Source of the DNA: Macrostomum lignano
Lineage: Eukaryota
Direction of reading: 5' to 3'
Length of the DNA stretch: 29,583 bases
Assembly: GCA_002269645.1 (NCBI GenBank)
Contig: NIVC01004980.1
Location: 1-29,583 of the forward strand
In this document: piece by piece, positions 1 to 28,346 of the stretch
Position numbering within the stretch: position 1 is the first letter of the stretch
Layout of the letters: each line of letters starts with the position of its first letter
Made by a program: the position numbers and the translations under genes
Notes under the pieces: generated by a model
The model's database searches: none
Told to the model about the DNA's origin: nothing
The model's input: only the letters and a program-made list of their open reading frames with translations

Positions 1-469
1 GGCTGTCAACTCTGGAAACACGTGACCCGCTGCACTAGTTGGCAGAAGGCCAACCAGCCTATCAAGCCCAGTCCATAGTCAAGTCGATGAGCCGGTTCCG
101 ACAGAAAGGAAGCGAGAGTTACTATTCACGAACCAACCCATCTGGCCTGAGGGAAGTCAGTATGCAATTAGCGAAAAACAAACTGTGTGTCCAACCTAGC
201 TTAGTGTGTCATTTCGGTTCACCTTATAAGGACGGATTACAGATTCTGAACACTGCACATCGCCCTACTGTTTTTTACATTGGCTCGACTGCGGATGTCA
301 GACCTAAAACTGGGACTACGTGATCTTGGATCCAGAATTGTGATTTTGTCTATCCAGAGTCAACCTTATATTTTCAATCTGAAATCAAGACTCACGATTT
401 ACATCGATTGGCGGTTTTGAACAATTTGGAAATTTTGTTTTTTAATTCAGGTGCAGAATGGATTCTGTG

Positions 470-1372
470 GAATCCAGGATTGGGATCTGGGATTCAAGAT
501 TGGGAGCTGGGATTTAGGATTGGCAGCTCGGATTCAGGATTGGCAGCTGGGATTCAGGATTGGCAGCTGGGATTCAGGATTGGCAGCTGGGATTCAGGGT
601 TGGCAGCTGGGATTCAGGATTGGCAGCTGGGATTCAGGATTGGCAGCTGGATTCAGAATTGGCAGCTGGGATTCAGGATTGGCAGCTGGGATTCAGGATT
701 GGCAGCTGGGATTCAGGATTGGCAGCTGGGATTCAGGATTGGCAGCTGGGATTCAGGATTGGCAGCTGGGATTCAGGGGTTGGCAGCTGGGATTCAGGAT
801 TGGCAGCTGGGATTCAGGATTGGCAGTTGGGATTCAGGATTGGCAGCTGGAATTCAGGATTGGCAGCTGGGATTCAGGATTGGCAGCTGGGATTCAGGAT
901 TGGCAGTTGGAATTCAGGATTGGCTACTGGAATTCAGGAGTTGGCAGCTGGGATTCAGGATTGGCAGCTGGGATTCAGGATTGGCAGCTGGGATTCAGGA
1001 TTGGCAGCTGGGATTCAGGATTGGCAGCTGGGATTCAGGATTGGCAGCTGGGATTCAGGATTGGCAGCTGGGATTCAGGATTGGCAGCTGGATTCATTCA
1101 GGATTGGCAGCTGGGATTCAGGATTGGCATGTGGGGTTCAGGATTAGCATGTGGGGTTCAGGATTGGCATCTGGGATTCAGGATTGGCTTCTGGGATTCA
1201 GGATTAGCATGTGGGGTTCAGGATTGTCTTCTGGGATTCAGGATTAGCATGTGGAGTTCAGGATTGGCTTCTGGGATTCAGGATTAGCATGTGGGGTTCG
1301 GGATTGGCATCTGGGATTCAGGATTGGCTTCTGGGATTCAGGATTGGCATCTGGGATTCAGAATTGGCATCT
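470..1372. repeat. 20-bp minisatellite (GGATTGGCAGCTGGGATTCA)n, about 45 copies
   Basis: Unit read directly. Variant units (TAGCATGTGG, TGGCTTCTGG, TGGCATCTGG) cluster after about 1125. It explains the repetitive ORFs 408..1247, 451..1287 and 560..1147. Confidence 0.97.
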
Positions 1373-1674
1373 GCTTAATTCTCAATTAAGTACAACGAGA
1401 AGGACATAGAGAGAACTAAGAACAGAAATTTTAGATCCAATATTGTAGAAATTTATTTTTTAAATTAATTAAAACAATCGATTTAATTATGGAAAATTTC
1501 TGGTCAGCGTAGTTTTATTGAAGTCACGCAAATCAGATGCTTTCTGCACAGCGCTAGGCTTGCAAATGTGGATGATTCTGCTGATAGTAGGTGTCAGCCT
1601 CGCATGCTCCTGGTGAGATTAAACCAAGAAATGATGACACAGTATGCGAAGAATTCTCATCCGCCTTTGAATAA

Positions 1675-1680
1675 TTTATT
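1675..1680 (-). terminator. Candidate polyadenylation signal (AATAAA on minus strand) for the Cys-loop channel gene
   Basis: TTTATT on + at 1675-1680, about 105 nt past the stop at 1786. Further candidates lie near 1452 and 1514. Confidence 0.4.
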
Positions 1681-1785
1681 TTTGCTTCTATATATGAGAG
1701 TTAGTTACGAAAAATTCTGCTATTTAGTCGTAGATTATGAATAGATAATCGGTGAATGGCGGTGTTGCCAGGCAGGCAGAGGTGC

Positions 1786-3264
1786 TCAGGCGTAGTCCCA
1801 CTGGAGCGCGTCTCTCGGTATGATGAAGCACCAGTAAACCACGTTGAACAGGGCGAAGGCCATGGGGTAGGAGAACAGGAAGATCAGGTCCAGGCGGGCT
1901 GGGGTCAGGCGCCAGCCCGGTTGCTGCCGCCCCTGCTCCTGCGGATTGCGCGAGCACCTGCCGCCCGCTCTACCAGCTCGGTGGCGGCACCGGCAGAGGC
2001 GGCCGAACCGACCGGAATTGTCCGCCACCGATTCGGCCAGGTCGGCCCGGCCGTCGGCGTCGTCCGCCGTTAGCGGCATCAGCGTCTCGAGAGCGTCGAG
2101 CCTGCCGGACGCCTTGCCGCCGAGGTCCTGTAGTCGGCCTGTCGTGGACAAGCCCTGACTGTTAAGCCGTTCGAGGCGTTTCTTCTGCCGACGATTGATC
2201 AGGTTGATAGCCATGTACTCCAGCAGGGACAGGTGGATGAACGCGATGCAGCAGATGTGCCAGATGCCCAGTGCAGTGATGTAGGACACGGGAGGCAGCT
2301 TCCGCTCCAGGGCCACTGTCTCGGTGAGGAGAGCCAAGAGGCTCAGCGTTGATAGAGATACTCGGGCAGGAGCTGCGTTATAATCAATAGCGAATGAGGA
2401 CCAGGTGATGAGCACTATGAGAATGGACGGTAGGTAATTATTAATTAAATAATACGAGTGTTTCCGCCTGAGAGTGAAATTTGCCATCAGATTGCTGAAG
2501 TTGCGACCAGTCAGCTGCGAGTAGTCCGTGCCGGCCATGTAGTTTCCGATTGGAGGGTGGAACTCGTTCAGGAATGTGGCCATTGGGCTAGAGAACGAAA
2601 TGCCATTCGTAGAGACTCCTGTTGTTGTATCATTGTCCGACCAGCGCAACTCCAGATCGTCCGTGCTCATGCCGAAGCTGCTGATTTGCATCGAGCACGA
2701 CTGGACATCGAAGGGAAAGTCCTCCAGGTCCATGTGGCAGTGAAGGCGCAGGTTCAGCTTCTGGCTGTACAGCAGTGATCCATTCGGCCACAGCCAGAGC
2801 AGAAAGTTCCCGGAGGGCAGGTCGTGCCTCTCGATGCTTTTAGCGTTCTGAAAGAACACGTCCGGACGCCAGACATCTTCGAGCAGCTGGCTGAGCACAA
2901 CGCGATCCGGGTGCCCGCTGTACCGAAGCCGCTGATCCGACCAGCGGAGGTGCAGCACCACCTCAATGGAGAAGTCCATTCTCAGAACGTCGATGGGACC
3001 GAAGCTGTCAATGTGAAAGCAGACGTACACAACAGACGGACCGCCGCCCGGCGGCACAGCGCGGAAGTGCTTGTCGTAGAATTCTCGGTCGACAAGAGTG
3101 TGCGTGAACTCCGTCAGGCTGGTGTTAGGGTGCTTGGCCACTGGGCTGGCCCTTTCAGTCACCTTTTCGGAGGCGGCAATGCTGGTTGTGCACAATTGTA
3201 GCACTGTCAGCAGCATGGAATACTGAGATGGCCATCGCCTGTGCTGCTTCCGCTGCTCATGCAT
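1786..3264 (-). CDS. Cys-loop (pentameric) ligand-gated anion channel subunit, GlyR/GluCl/GABA-A-like, single coding exon, about 492 aa
   Basis: Hydrophobic N-terminal signal (MLLTVLQLCTTSIAA); loop A WRPDVFFQNAK; Cys-loop CHMDLEDFPFDVQSC; M1 YYLINNYLPSILIVLITW; anion-type PAR motif before M2 (APARVSL); M3 ALGIWHICCIAF; M4 LDLIFLFSYPMAFALFNVVYW. First ATG is at 3264 (the ORF track starts at TTG 3273) with an in-frame stop upstream at 3292-3294. A possible 5'UTR acceptor lies at 3451. Confidence 0.93.
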   Translation of the reverse strand: MHEQRKQHRRWPSQYSMLLTVLQLCTTSIAASEKVTERASPVAKHPNTSLTEFTHTLVDREFYDKHFRAVPPGGGPSVVYVCFHIDSFGPIDVLRMDFSIEVVLHLRWSDQRLRYSGHPDRVVLSQLLEDVWRPDVFFQNAKSIERHDLPSGNFLLWLWPNGSLLYSQKLNLRLHCHMDLEDFPFDVQSCSMQISSFGMSTDDLELRWSDNDTTTGVSTNGISFSSPMATFLNEFHPPIGNYMAGTDYSQLTGRNFSNLMANFTLRRKHSYYLINNYLPSILIVLITWSSFAIDYNAAPARVSLSTLSLLALLTETVALERKLPPVSYITALGIWHICCIAFIHLSLLEYMAINLINRRQKKRLERLNSQGLSTTGRLQDLGGKASGRLDALETLMPLTADDADGRADLAESVADNSGRFGRLCRCRHRAGRAGGRCSRNPQEQGRQQPGWRLTPARLDLIFLFSYPMAFALFNVVYWCFIIPRDALQWDYA

Positions 3265-5030
3265 GCTTAGCAATGGTAAACTTACTTTGGACTATACTTG
3301 GTATTCAGATTGGAATGGGCGCTTGTAAAGTCTGGCTTCAGTTGAGCTCCCAGCAGTCAGTCTTTCGTCGTTGCATCAAGGACCTTGTTGAGCTGCATAA
3401 GTCTTGAATGCTTTTTTCGTCTCCTTCTCCAGCTTCTTCAAATGCCACCTCTGCATAAGCAGGTGCAAACCTAGAGAGAGCTCGGGGCCGATAAGCAGCG
3501 GCGAGATGAAGTGGACTGTTTCTTTATGGAAAGGCGGGACACTGAACAACAGTATGGGGAGCGACGGGTGCCGCTAGTGGGAGCATGGGATTGGGGAAGT
3601 GGGCGAGGCCACAGAGCTCAGCCAACCCGCTGCTCCCTCCCCCCACCGATTCCTCCCTCAATCTCTTTGCGCCGAGCCAATTCCCAAGCGGTAGATTGCA
3701 GCAATTGTGCGACGCGGCGACTCTCGCAGACTACTATAACAATTGAACCCAGGCCGACAACTGGCCCCGGTCGGGAACGAGAAGTGTTCAGACGGTGCGT
3801 GGCTTGGAAGCAATGGTTCAAGAGAAGAGAGAGAAAAGAAAGCTGGATAAAGCTATACGCAATGTTTGGAGACTATACTCATGATCTGGCTGGATTATAG
3901 CTGGTATGGCTATGGCGGCATAAAAGAGGACTCCAGTTTGGTATACTTTATGAGCCAGAACCGCGCAGGATCGGTATAAGTCAAGAGGCTATAAAGCTCT
4001 GCTGCGTGGGGGTTTCTGAGGGTGGCATGGCCTTGGCACCCTGTCATGCCTTTGTGGCACACTTTCCGGCTGCTTCCCGTCTGCATGCGTGGCCAAGAAG
4101 CCCAAGGGAGGGATCGCAGCTATCGCCTTGACGCACATCTAAAACTGTAGCTGCATAGCTGAAAGCCGCATGTGTTTCCTATCTATCTGAGCAGAGAGAG
4201 AGAAAGAGAAAGAGAGAGATTGGGAGAGAGAGGGGGAAGGTTTCTCACCCAAATTTCAACCGGCTGTTACTCGGGTTGTTGCTGAGCAAAATATACAAAG
4301 CACTGCACTGCGCGCATGCGCCACTTTTTGAGATAGTGCGAACCAGGCAGAAAGCCCTACTAATAATCCAGTAATGCACATGCAGTATAACATGTAGTTT
4401 TATTCTCTATTTGACTGTGTTGAATTCTATATGGTTCTGTAGTAATAGAGACAAAAAATCTGCGTTATATTTTATACTCCGACACTGATGGCAGAGAGCT
4501 CGAGAGGGATGTGTGAATTCAGCTGAGCCTGTATTGATTAGAATGAGGTCATGCTGCCGCGGCTTCATGCAATCGAGGCGCTAATCGAAGGACCACTCTT
4601 CGAAGCTAGCTGTGTTGGCATTCGAGCTATTTTAATAACTGGTAAAATGAAAATTTAATTTTGAATTGCTAAACGCTGCTGTTTTTCTCTCGAATTCGCT
4701 AACACGCAAATACAAACTGGCAGTCCGAAAAAACGATACATTTAAATTTTTGAAATTTTAGACATTCGATCATAGATCATTCAAAACCAGCTGTGTTTTG
4801 TCCAAAATCAAGGTGTCAGTTAAGCAGGCAGAAACGCTAGCAGCCATTTCTTGATGCGCTTAAGAAAAAACGAAAAATTCATACCTTTTAATTGTACTTA
4901 ATGCCCTCTATTGAACTTGTGATGACCGGAACAACGGATTAACTCTATCGGCAAAGCCGTCAAAGCGAATGTTTTTCAGTGTTAAGATTCAAAGATGAGC
5001 AGGCATATTAGTATTAAGATTAAAAGCCAG

Positions 5031-5564
5031 GGGGGTGTTTCTCGAAACTCACGTAAGTTCTATGGTAAGTTAGATCGTAAGAAAGAAATTTACGTGTAGC
5101 GTAAGTTTGCTCGTAAGACGCTTTCTCAAAACTCACTTAGACTTTGCGTGGCTTACGCTGTTCGTAAGTCGTATCTGAAACGAAAAGTTGCATGTCTATG
5201 GTCATAAATCTGCAAATATCTTTACTTAGTCTATCGTAAGTTGCTTTCGAGAAAGACCCCTTCGATAAAGTTTAACTTGACTTGGCTTGACTAAAGCTTC
5301 ACGTACTATGCGATTAGTGCTTAAGTGCGTCTTACGACTGATACCGAGCAGTCGTATGGTTAAGATCAACCTTACGAAAGACCATAGACATACGAACGTT
5401 TCGAGAAACAGTCTTTTGCGCAAAGTTACGAACTCGTAAAGTTGCGATCAATCTTACATGTACGCATAGCTAACTTGCGAGCCCTTCGAGCAACCCGTAT
5501 GTGTAGCTTACCCAACTTACGTACGTCTATGGTCGATCGTAAGTTGCTTTCGAGAAAGACCCCC
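5031..5564. mobile_element. PIF/Harbinger-type MITE, 534 bp, with 3-bp CAG target-site duplication
   Basis: Left end GGGGGTGTTTCTCGAAA and right end TTTCGAGAAAGACCCCC form an inverted repeat with 1 mismatch. CAG flanks both ends (5028-5030, 5565-5567). Many internal CTTACG/CGTAAG and TCTATGGT subterminal motifs. No coding capacity. Confidence 0.8.
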
Positions 5565-5805
5565 CAGAGCGGTAGATATTAACGATGGTATGCGACCGAG
5601 GGAACTGTAGAGTGCGAGATATAGCCAAAAACTAAATACTAATGTGACAAGCTTTGACTGGGGCTACGTTATGTCCCCTGTACCGGGAGTGACGTGAACA
5701 TTGATACGAACAGTAAGAACATTTCCTAATATTTTGTTGTGAAAGAGTCGAGGCGAGAACATACGCTATAGTGTTATCAGAGGCTGTTTAGCATGTCGTA
5801 ACGTT

Positions 5806-6860
5806 TCAAACAATGACACGTGATGGTCGGTCACGGAACAAAGCGGTCGGGGGCCGTCGCCGGCGATTGGTTCGACGTGGGGATGCGCCTGAAGACTCAG
5901 CAGGGGCCACCGGGTCTTCCTGACGGCCGGTTGTGCTTTCGGGCTGCGTTTCCGGGTCCGCATCTGTCGCATTCCCGGAGCTATCAGCGGCATCCTCCTC
6001 CGGATCCTGGTTCGGGTCTGGTGCTAGCTGGTTGGTACTGGCGAGGCGCAAGTTATCTCCATCGCAAATCCAAGCGGTGTTGCGGCCTTGGTGCAGGACG
6101 TACTCTACACGTTTAGGCAGCTCATCGTTGGTCAAGTGATACAGCACGCTTTCACCTTGCTGGAATGGCGAGACCGTACAGGGACTCGGATTGGCCGACC
6201 GAAGACCAACTCGGCCGGGCTCTTTCCACGAGTGTGCGACGAAACTCGGTGGTGCAGCAGAACTCTGTAAAAACGGAGTGAACTCTGCGTGGGTTATGCG
6301 ATCATCCCAGGCACGCAGGGCGCGCTTGACAGTTTGCACGGCCAGTTCGGCGGCTCCATTAGCCTGGGGGTAATATGTTGGCGATTCGAGTTTGCGAACC
6401 CCGTTTGCCTTTAGCCAGAGGCGCACTGGGTCGCTAGTAAACTCTGGAGCATTGTCGGAGACCAGCAACTCAGGGATTCCGAAACGAGTGAATACGGTTC
6501 GAAGCGATGAAATTACAGATTTTGAGGAGCGATCCTTGCATGGAAACGCTTCAATCCATCCTGAGAAAGTATCGACGCTTCGTTGTACAAAGGCCCACTC
6601 CTTATGCAGTTTTTGGAAAGCGTACTCGGCAGATGGCCATGCGTGTCGTTCTGGTGATAATCTTGGTCGCAACTGATTGCAGATCGGACAGTTACGGACG
6701 AAGCGTTCAACATCTGCGCGCATTCCTGGCCACCAGCAGGACAAGGCCATGTAATTGTAGGCGGAGATGTAGCCTGAGTGGGCGGTGTGCAGTGCGGAAT
6801 GCCTCGGCTCTCAGCGTGATGGAATAAATATGCGACGCCCATAAACAAGTAGACCACCTT
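5806..6860 (-). pseudogene. Gypsy integrase remnant (Zn-finger + DDE core), frameshifted
   Basis: WWPGMRADVERFVRNCPICNQ, VDTFSGWIEAFP, FGIPELLVSDNAPEFTS, YYPQANGAAELAVQTVK. The first catalytic-Asp region reads LHKEW with a deletion. The canonical SPAELVFGRPIR segment is in a shifted frame near 6190-6260. Confidence 0.85.
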
Positions 6861-7131
6861 CAATGGTGAGGCTGTCAGAAACCTTAGCGAAGGGTCTTTC
6901 CGCCTGAGAGCAGCCCGTCGACCTTCCAGTTTTAACGCGATTAATTACGCTCTGAATAACTGGACCCATCTCCAATTCTGCTAGAATGCGGTGCTGTGGT
7001 ACCATGAGCGTCTCAAACGCGACGCAGTTTATAGCATCGGACAGCTCTGCCGTATCTGCCGATGGGTCAGTAAAGCGTAAACGAGACAGAGCGTCTGCGT
7101 GAGGTATTTTGGACCAGGGCGTGTATTGATT

Positions 7132-7690
7132 TTAGTAGTCATAGTGCTTCATTGCAAATGCCCATCTCGAGATGCGAACAGATGTGTTGGTGGGCACGCC
7201 ATGCGACTGGCCAAACAAACGAATCAGAGGTTGGTGATCTGTCTGTATGGTGAATTTTCGGCCCATGAGATAATGCTTGAGGCGATTGACGGCCCAGAAT
7301 ATGGCCAGCGCTTCCCGTTCGATGTTCGCATAGTTCTTTTCAGCGCTGGACAAACAACGAGATATGAATATTACTGGGTGACGTCTTGCGTGACGACGCC
7401 GGCAAGTGCACCTTTAGAGGCATCAGTTGTGAGCGATAACTCCTCTAGCGAATATGGCTGGACCACAGGTGCCGACGAGATTGATCCTTTTTAACGCTAT
7501 AAACGCTTTATCGCACTCGGCTGACCAAACAAATGTGGCGTCATCACGCCGGAGGTTATGTAGGCACTTCGTTTTGCCAGCAAAGTTTGGGACCAGCCGG
7601 CCAAAGAAATTAACTAGACCGAGAACCTGCTCCAGTTCCTTGCGGTTTGAAGGCGTGGCTATGTCCAAGATCTTCTTGACGATAATTTTG
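7132..7690 (-). pseudogene. Gypsy RT C-terminus/RNase H remnant, frameshifted
   Basis: ORFs 7423..7668 and 7132..7353 carry RT-connection and RNase H_RT_Ty3-like motifs in different frames. Confidence 0.85.
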
Positions 7691-7799
7691 ACGTGGTTAT
7701 GTAATTAGAATTACATGCATAAATAACGGACTCGTTCAACAAAATAAAATCGCTTTTGCCCAAAAGTACCTCTTGGGCCAGTATGCATTGTTGGCGACA

Positions 7800-8033
7800 G
7801 TTCAACTTCCGATTTTTCCTGCTCCGAGTTCTCCCGACTTTCAATGCAACTAAATTCTTAAATAGTGACTTTGAGTTGTTCGATTCGTGCTCAATTCCAC
7901 ACCCAGCTTCTTTCGGGTCATCCACAACCACCAAAATTTTCCTCCTCTGACATTCAAGCTTTTCGTGCACTACCACATCCCCCAATTTCGAGATATTTGA
8001 TCCCACAAACGAAGGTTTCTAATAGTAAGTCTG
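7800..8033 (+). other. Putative non-coding first exon (5'UTR) of the PABP gene
   Basis: Two donor consensus sites, GTAAGT at 8025 and GTGAGT at 8034, pair with the acceptor TTTTCTTCTTACAG ending at 8252. There is a pyrimidine-rich stretch at about 7803-7842. The start position is a guess. Confidence 0.5.
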
Positions 8034-8317
8034 GTGAGTTTTCTTGCCTCGTTCATTCTTTAAACTAAACATTATGGTTCTTATTAAAAAATATACAGAA
8101 AGACAGTATTATATTAAAATAATAAAAAATATAAGAAAATCATCTAAAAATTTTAAAGCAGTAAAAACACGGTCATATTTTTGTTAGAATACAATTGCAG
8201 AAGTTATATTGACCACTTCCGACGATAACGTTCGTTGCTTTTCTTCTTACAGGTCGCACTCTATTCTTCGACCCTTATTGTCGAATCTGAAGCTACTTTG
8301 GACGTGATTAGAGTATT

Positions 8318-8344
8318 AAAGAAAATATAAAAAAATTGAAAAAA
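8318..8344 (+). promoter_or_regulatory. A-rich 5'UTR tract, candidate PABP autoregulatory element
   Basis: AAAGAAAATATAAAAAAATTGAAAAAA (21 of 27 A) lies 46 nt upstream of the ATG, inside the exon starting at 8253. A-rich 5'UTR autoregulation is known for PABPC1. Confidence 0.6.
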
Positions 8345-8375
8345 GTTTTCTACCAGTGTTTGGAACTACTACTAA

Positions 8376-15763
<7,388 letters not shown>

Positions 15764-15932
15764 CTTGTGAGAGAAAAGAATCGAACGAATCGCCCTACAA
15801 TGCAGTGAAACTTGGTCAAGACCGTTTGAAAATTGTCTGCGTCATCTGAAGGACTTAGTAGTTTCTTTTAGTAAGTTTTCTTTTCCAAACGGAGACCCTC
15901 CAAACCCTGGTTGCAAAGCTCGTTAACGTTTC

Positions 15933-15938
15933 AATAAA
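15933..15938 (+). terminator. Candidate proximal poly(A) signal of PABP
   Basis: AATAAA 170 nt after the stop. Confidence 0.4.
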
Positions 15939-17597
15939 AAAATGGACTCACTATATGCTCCCAGTTTACGTCCGAATTTTCTATCAGCTCTTCGTATCGC
16001 TCATAATAAGCTCTCATGTTTCGTTGCTATGGCAACAGCTTTCATCTCGCACGGCTGTTTTAGTCGTGCGTGTCATCATCGCGCGTTTTCTATTCGAAAA
16101 AAACGGTTGGCGCACTAGCCTTCAGAAGACTGACAGCCTTTAGAAACTGCTATTTATTAGATCTAATAAGTAGATAATAAGGCACAGACGATACAAACAC
16201 AAGTCTGTCAACTCTGTCGGCCGTGCGCTAGCTTACAAAAAAATAGCAAAAACTGTTTTTTCGGGTGCGTTTGATCCGATAACCCCAGTAACTCAAATCC
16301 AAAAAAAAATGTTTTTTTGTTTCCGAAAAAGAACGACTAGTAGAAGTTGGAGATGTGCTTTCATCTGCCGCCGAAGTTGTGCCGGAGCGCCGCCGCCGCT
16401 TCAAATCAGATGCCGGATTTGGTGGTTCATTTTTCTGTGTCCCCAACCAAGTCCCGGCTTGTGTTCCGATGGCTATATTATAAAATACTAACCTGTTTCA
16501 CTTTCCGTTCTGTCCCGAGTTTTTTCCGTTGTCTTTTGTTTTTTTAAAGCATATTTGTTTAGTTAATACGGCGCTTGCAAATGCCGCGGGTTGTGCTTTG
16601 ATTGGCTGCTCTGGCGGACTTTGTACGAGCTACTTTACTAACAGCAGCGTTTGCAAGTGCTTAAAAACTGCACTAATCATTATAACCTTTGGACACGGCC
16701 TCTTGTTTTTTTATTTTTAAACTCAGAAATCCAATCCAACTCGAAATTTTATTTATTTATTTTTTGTTCAAGTTCCGTGATCCGTGCTAAGCGTTGTTTA
16801 AAAAAAACTACACTATTTATTTGAATAGGGACAAAAAAAGGTTATTGTACTCGTAAAGGCGCAGTACAGGTGGGATTATATCGCCTATTATTATATACCA
16901 GCGCTCCTATTTTAGCATATAAAAGTTATTATTAAAGCCCGCAAAAGACAGGTCTGTTTACCACCAGTCGAAAAAAACATATTGCTAGATTGAAGTTTAT
17001 CCTCGTGTTATTTTTAAGACAAGCTTTTAATGCAGAATTTATTTCGCTCTGCCGGCGTCAGTCTTCTATTACTATTATCGTTTGTGTTTCACTTTACTTT
17101 ATTATTATTTAAAAAAAATAATATTCAAGTCCGACAGTTCCTGAAAGTTGATACAAACTACCTATAAACTGTTTGTCTCATACCTGCAACCTTATTCCAC
17201 TGGCCTTGTGTGCTCCGCTCTCAAAGCCGGAGACAGCTTTTGTGTTTGCTTTTTGGCGCACGATTATTCTAGCGAGTAAAGAAGGACTTGCTTGCCTTCC
17301 CCCTTGGCCGAATCTTTATTTTAAGCCGCGTTCAATCACTCGCCGTTTGTTTTTTGGGTGTGTTCTCGTTGTTACACAGTTATAGACAATTTAGTACATT
17401 ACAACAGCAGGCAGCGAAGGAGAAGGCTAAGGAAATAAAAGGGCGATTCGTCTTTTTGCAAGACAACCGACATCTTTTGAAAACTATAATAATGGTTACA
17501 AAAAAGGATGATATTTAGTTTTGCTTTTTAGTCTCATTTATTTTGTTGGTGTTCTGACAGTATTGTAGTTAATCATATTTATTGTTGATATTTCATC

Positions 17598-17603
17598 AAT
17601 AAA
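17598..17603 (+). terminator. Candidate distal poly(A) signal of PABP (long U-rich 3'UTR)
   Basis: AATAAA followed by GT/T-rich sequence (GCATGTGTTTCTT). Confidence 0.4.
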
Positions 17604-17846
17604 TAACAAAGCATGTGTTTCTTATATACTACTTATTGCAAGACTCCTGTAGCGACTCTACAGTTTCGACTGTTAATGAATGCATAACTAATTAGAGAAT
17701 ATTGTAATGGATATCAATTGCAATCATTGCATTTAGTCCTGAACAGCGCTGGATCGTCTGTTTAATCAACCCGCAGAAACATGAGTTACTATTCACTAGT
17801 AAGTGCAGATGATTTTTAATAGGCATGCCAATTATAGTAATAAAAA

Positions 17847-28346
<10,500 letters not shown>

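Larger units (their letters stand above)
5735..7700 (-). mobile_element. Degenerate, 5'-truncated Ty3/gypsy LTR-retrotransposon pol fragment (RT end - RNase H - integrase)
   Basis: Domain order on the minus strand is RT thumb (ELEQVLGLVNFFGRLVPNFA, FVWSAECDKAF), RNase H (NYANIEREALAIFWAVNRLKHYLMGRKFTIQTDHQPL), then integrase. The fragments are in different frames. No gag and no paired LTRs seen. Boundaries are approximate; TGTTGT at 5735 may be an LTR end. Confidence 0.9.

Noticed and set aside
39-323. 94-aa ORF at window start
   Set aside because: TTG start, no recognisable motif, and no supporting splice structure found.
408-1287. Three long overlapping ORFs (279, 278, 195 aa)
   Set aside because: They are translations of the 20-bp minisatellite, open in several frames because the unit lacks stops.
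1756-3201. Plus-strand ORFs overlapping the channel gene
   Set aside because: Antisense shadows of a GC-rich CDS.
3511-3900. 129-aa ORF upstream of the channel gene
   Set aside because: GTG start, no domain, low-complexity promoter-like context.
5806-6750. Intact or domesticated integrase gene
   Set aside because: The catalytic region is damaged, there are internal compensating frameshifts, and the adjoining pol pieces are broken.
7659-8006. 115-aa minus-strand ORF as a divergent gene head-to-head with PABP
   Set aside because: GTG start, no recognisable motif, runs into the gypsy remnant, and is antisense to the probable PABP 5'UTR exon.
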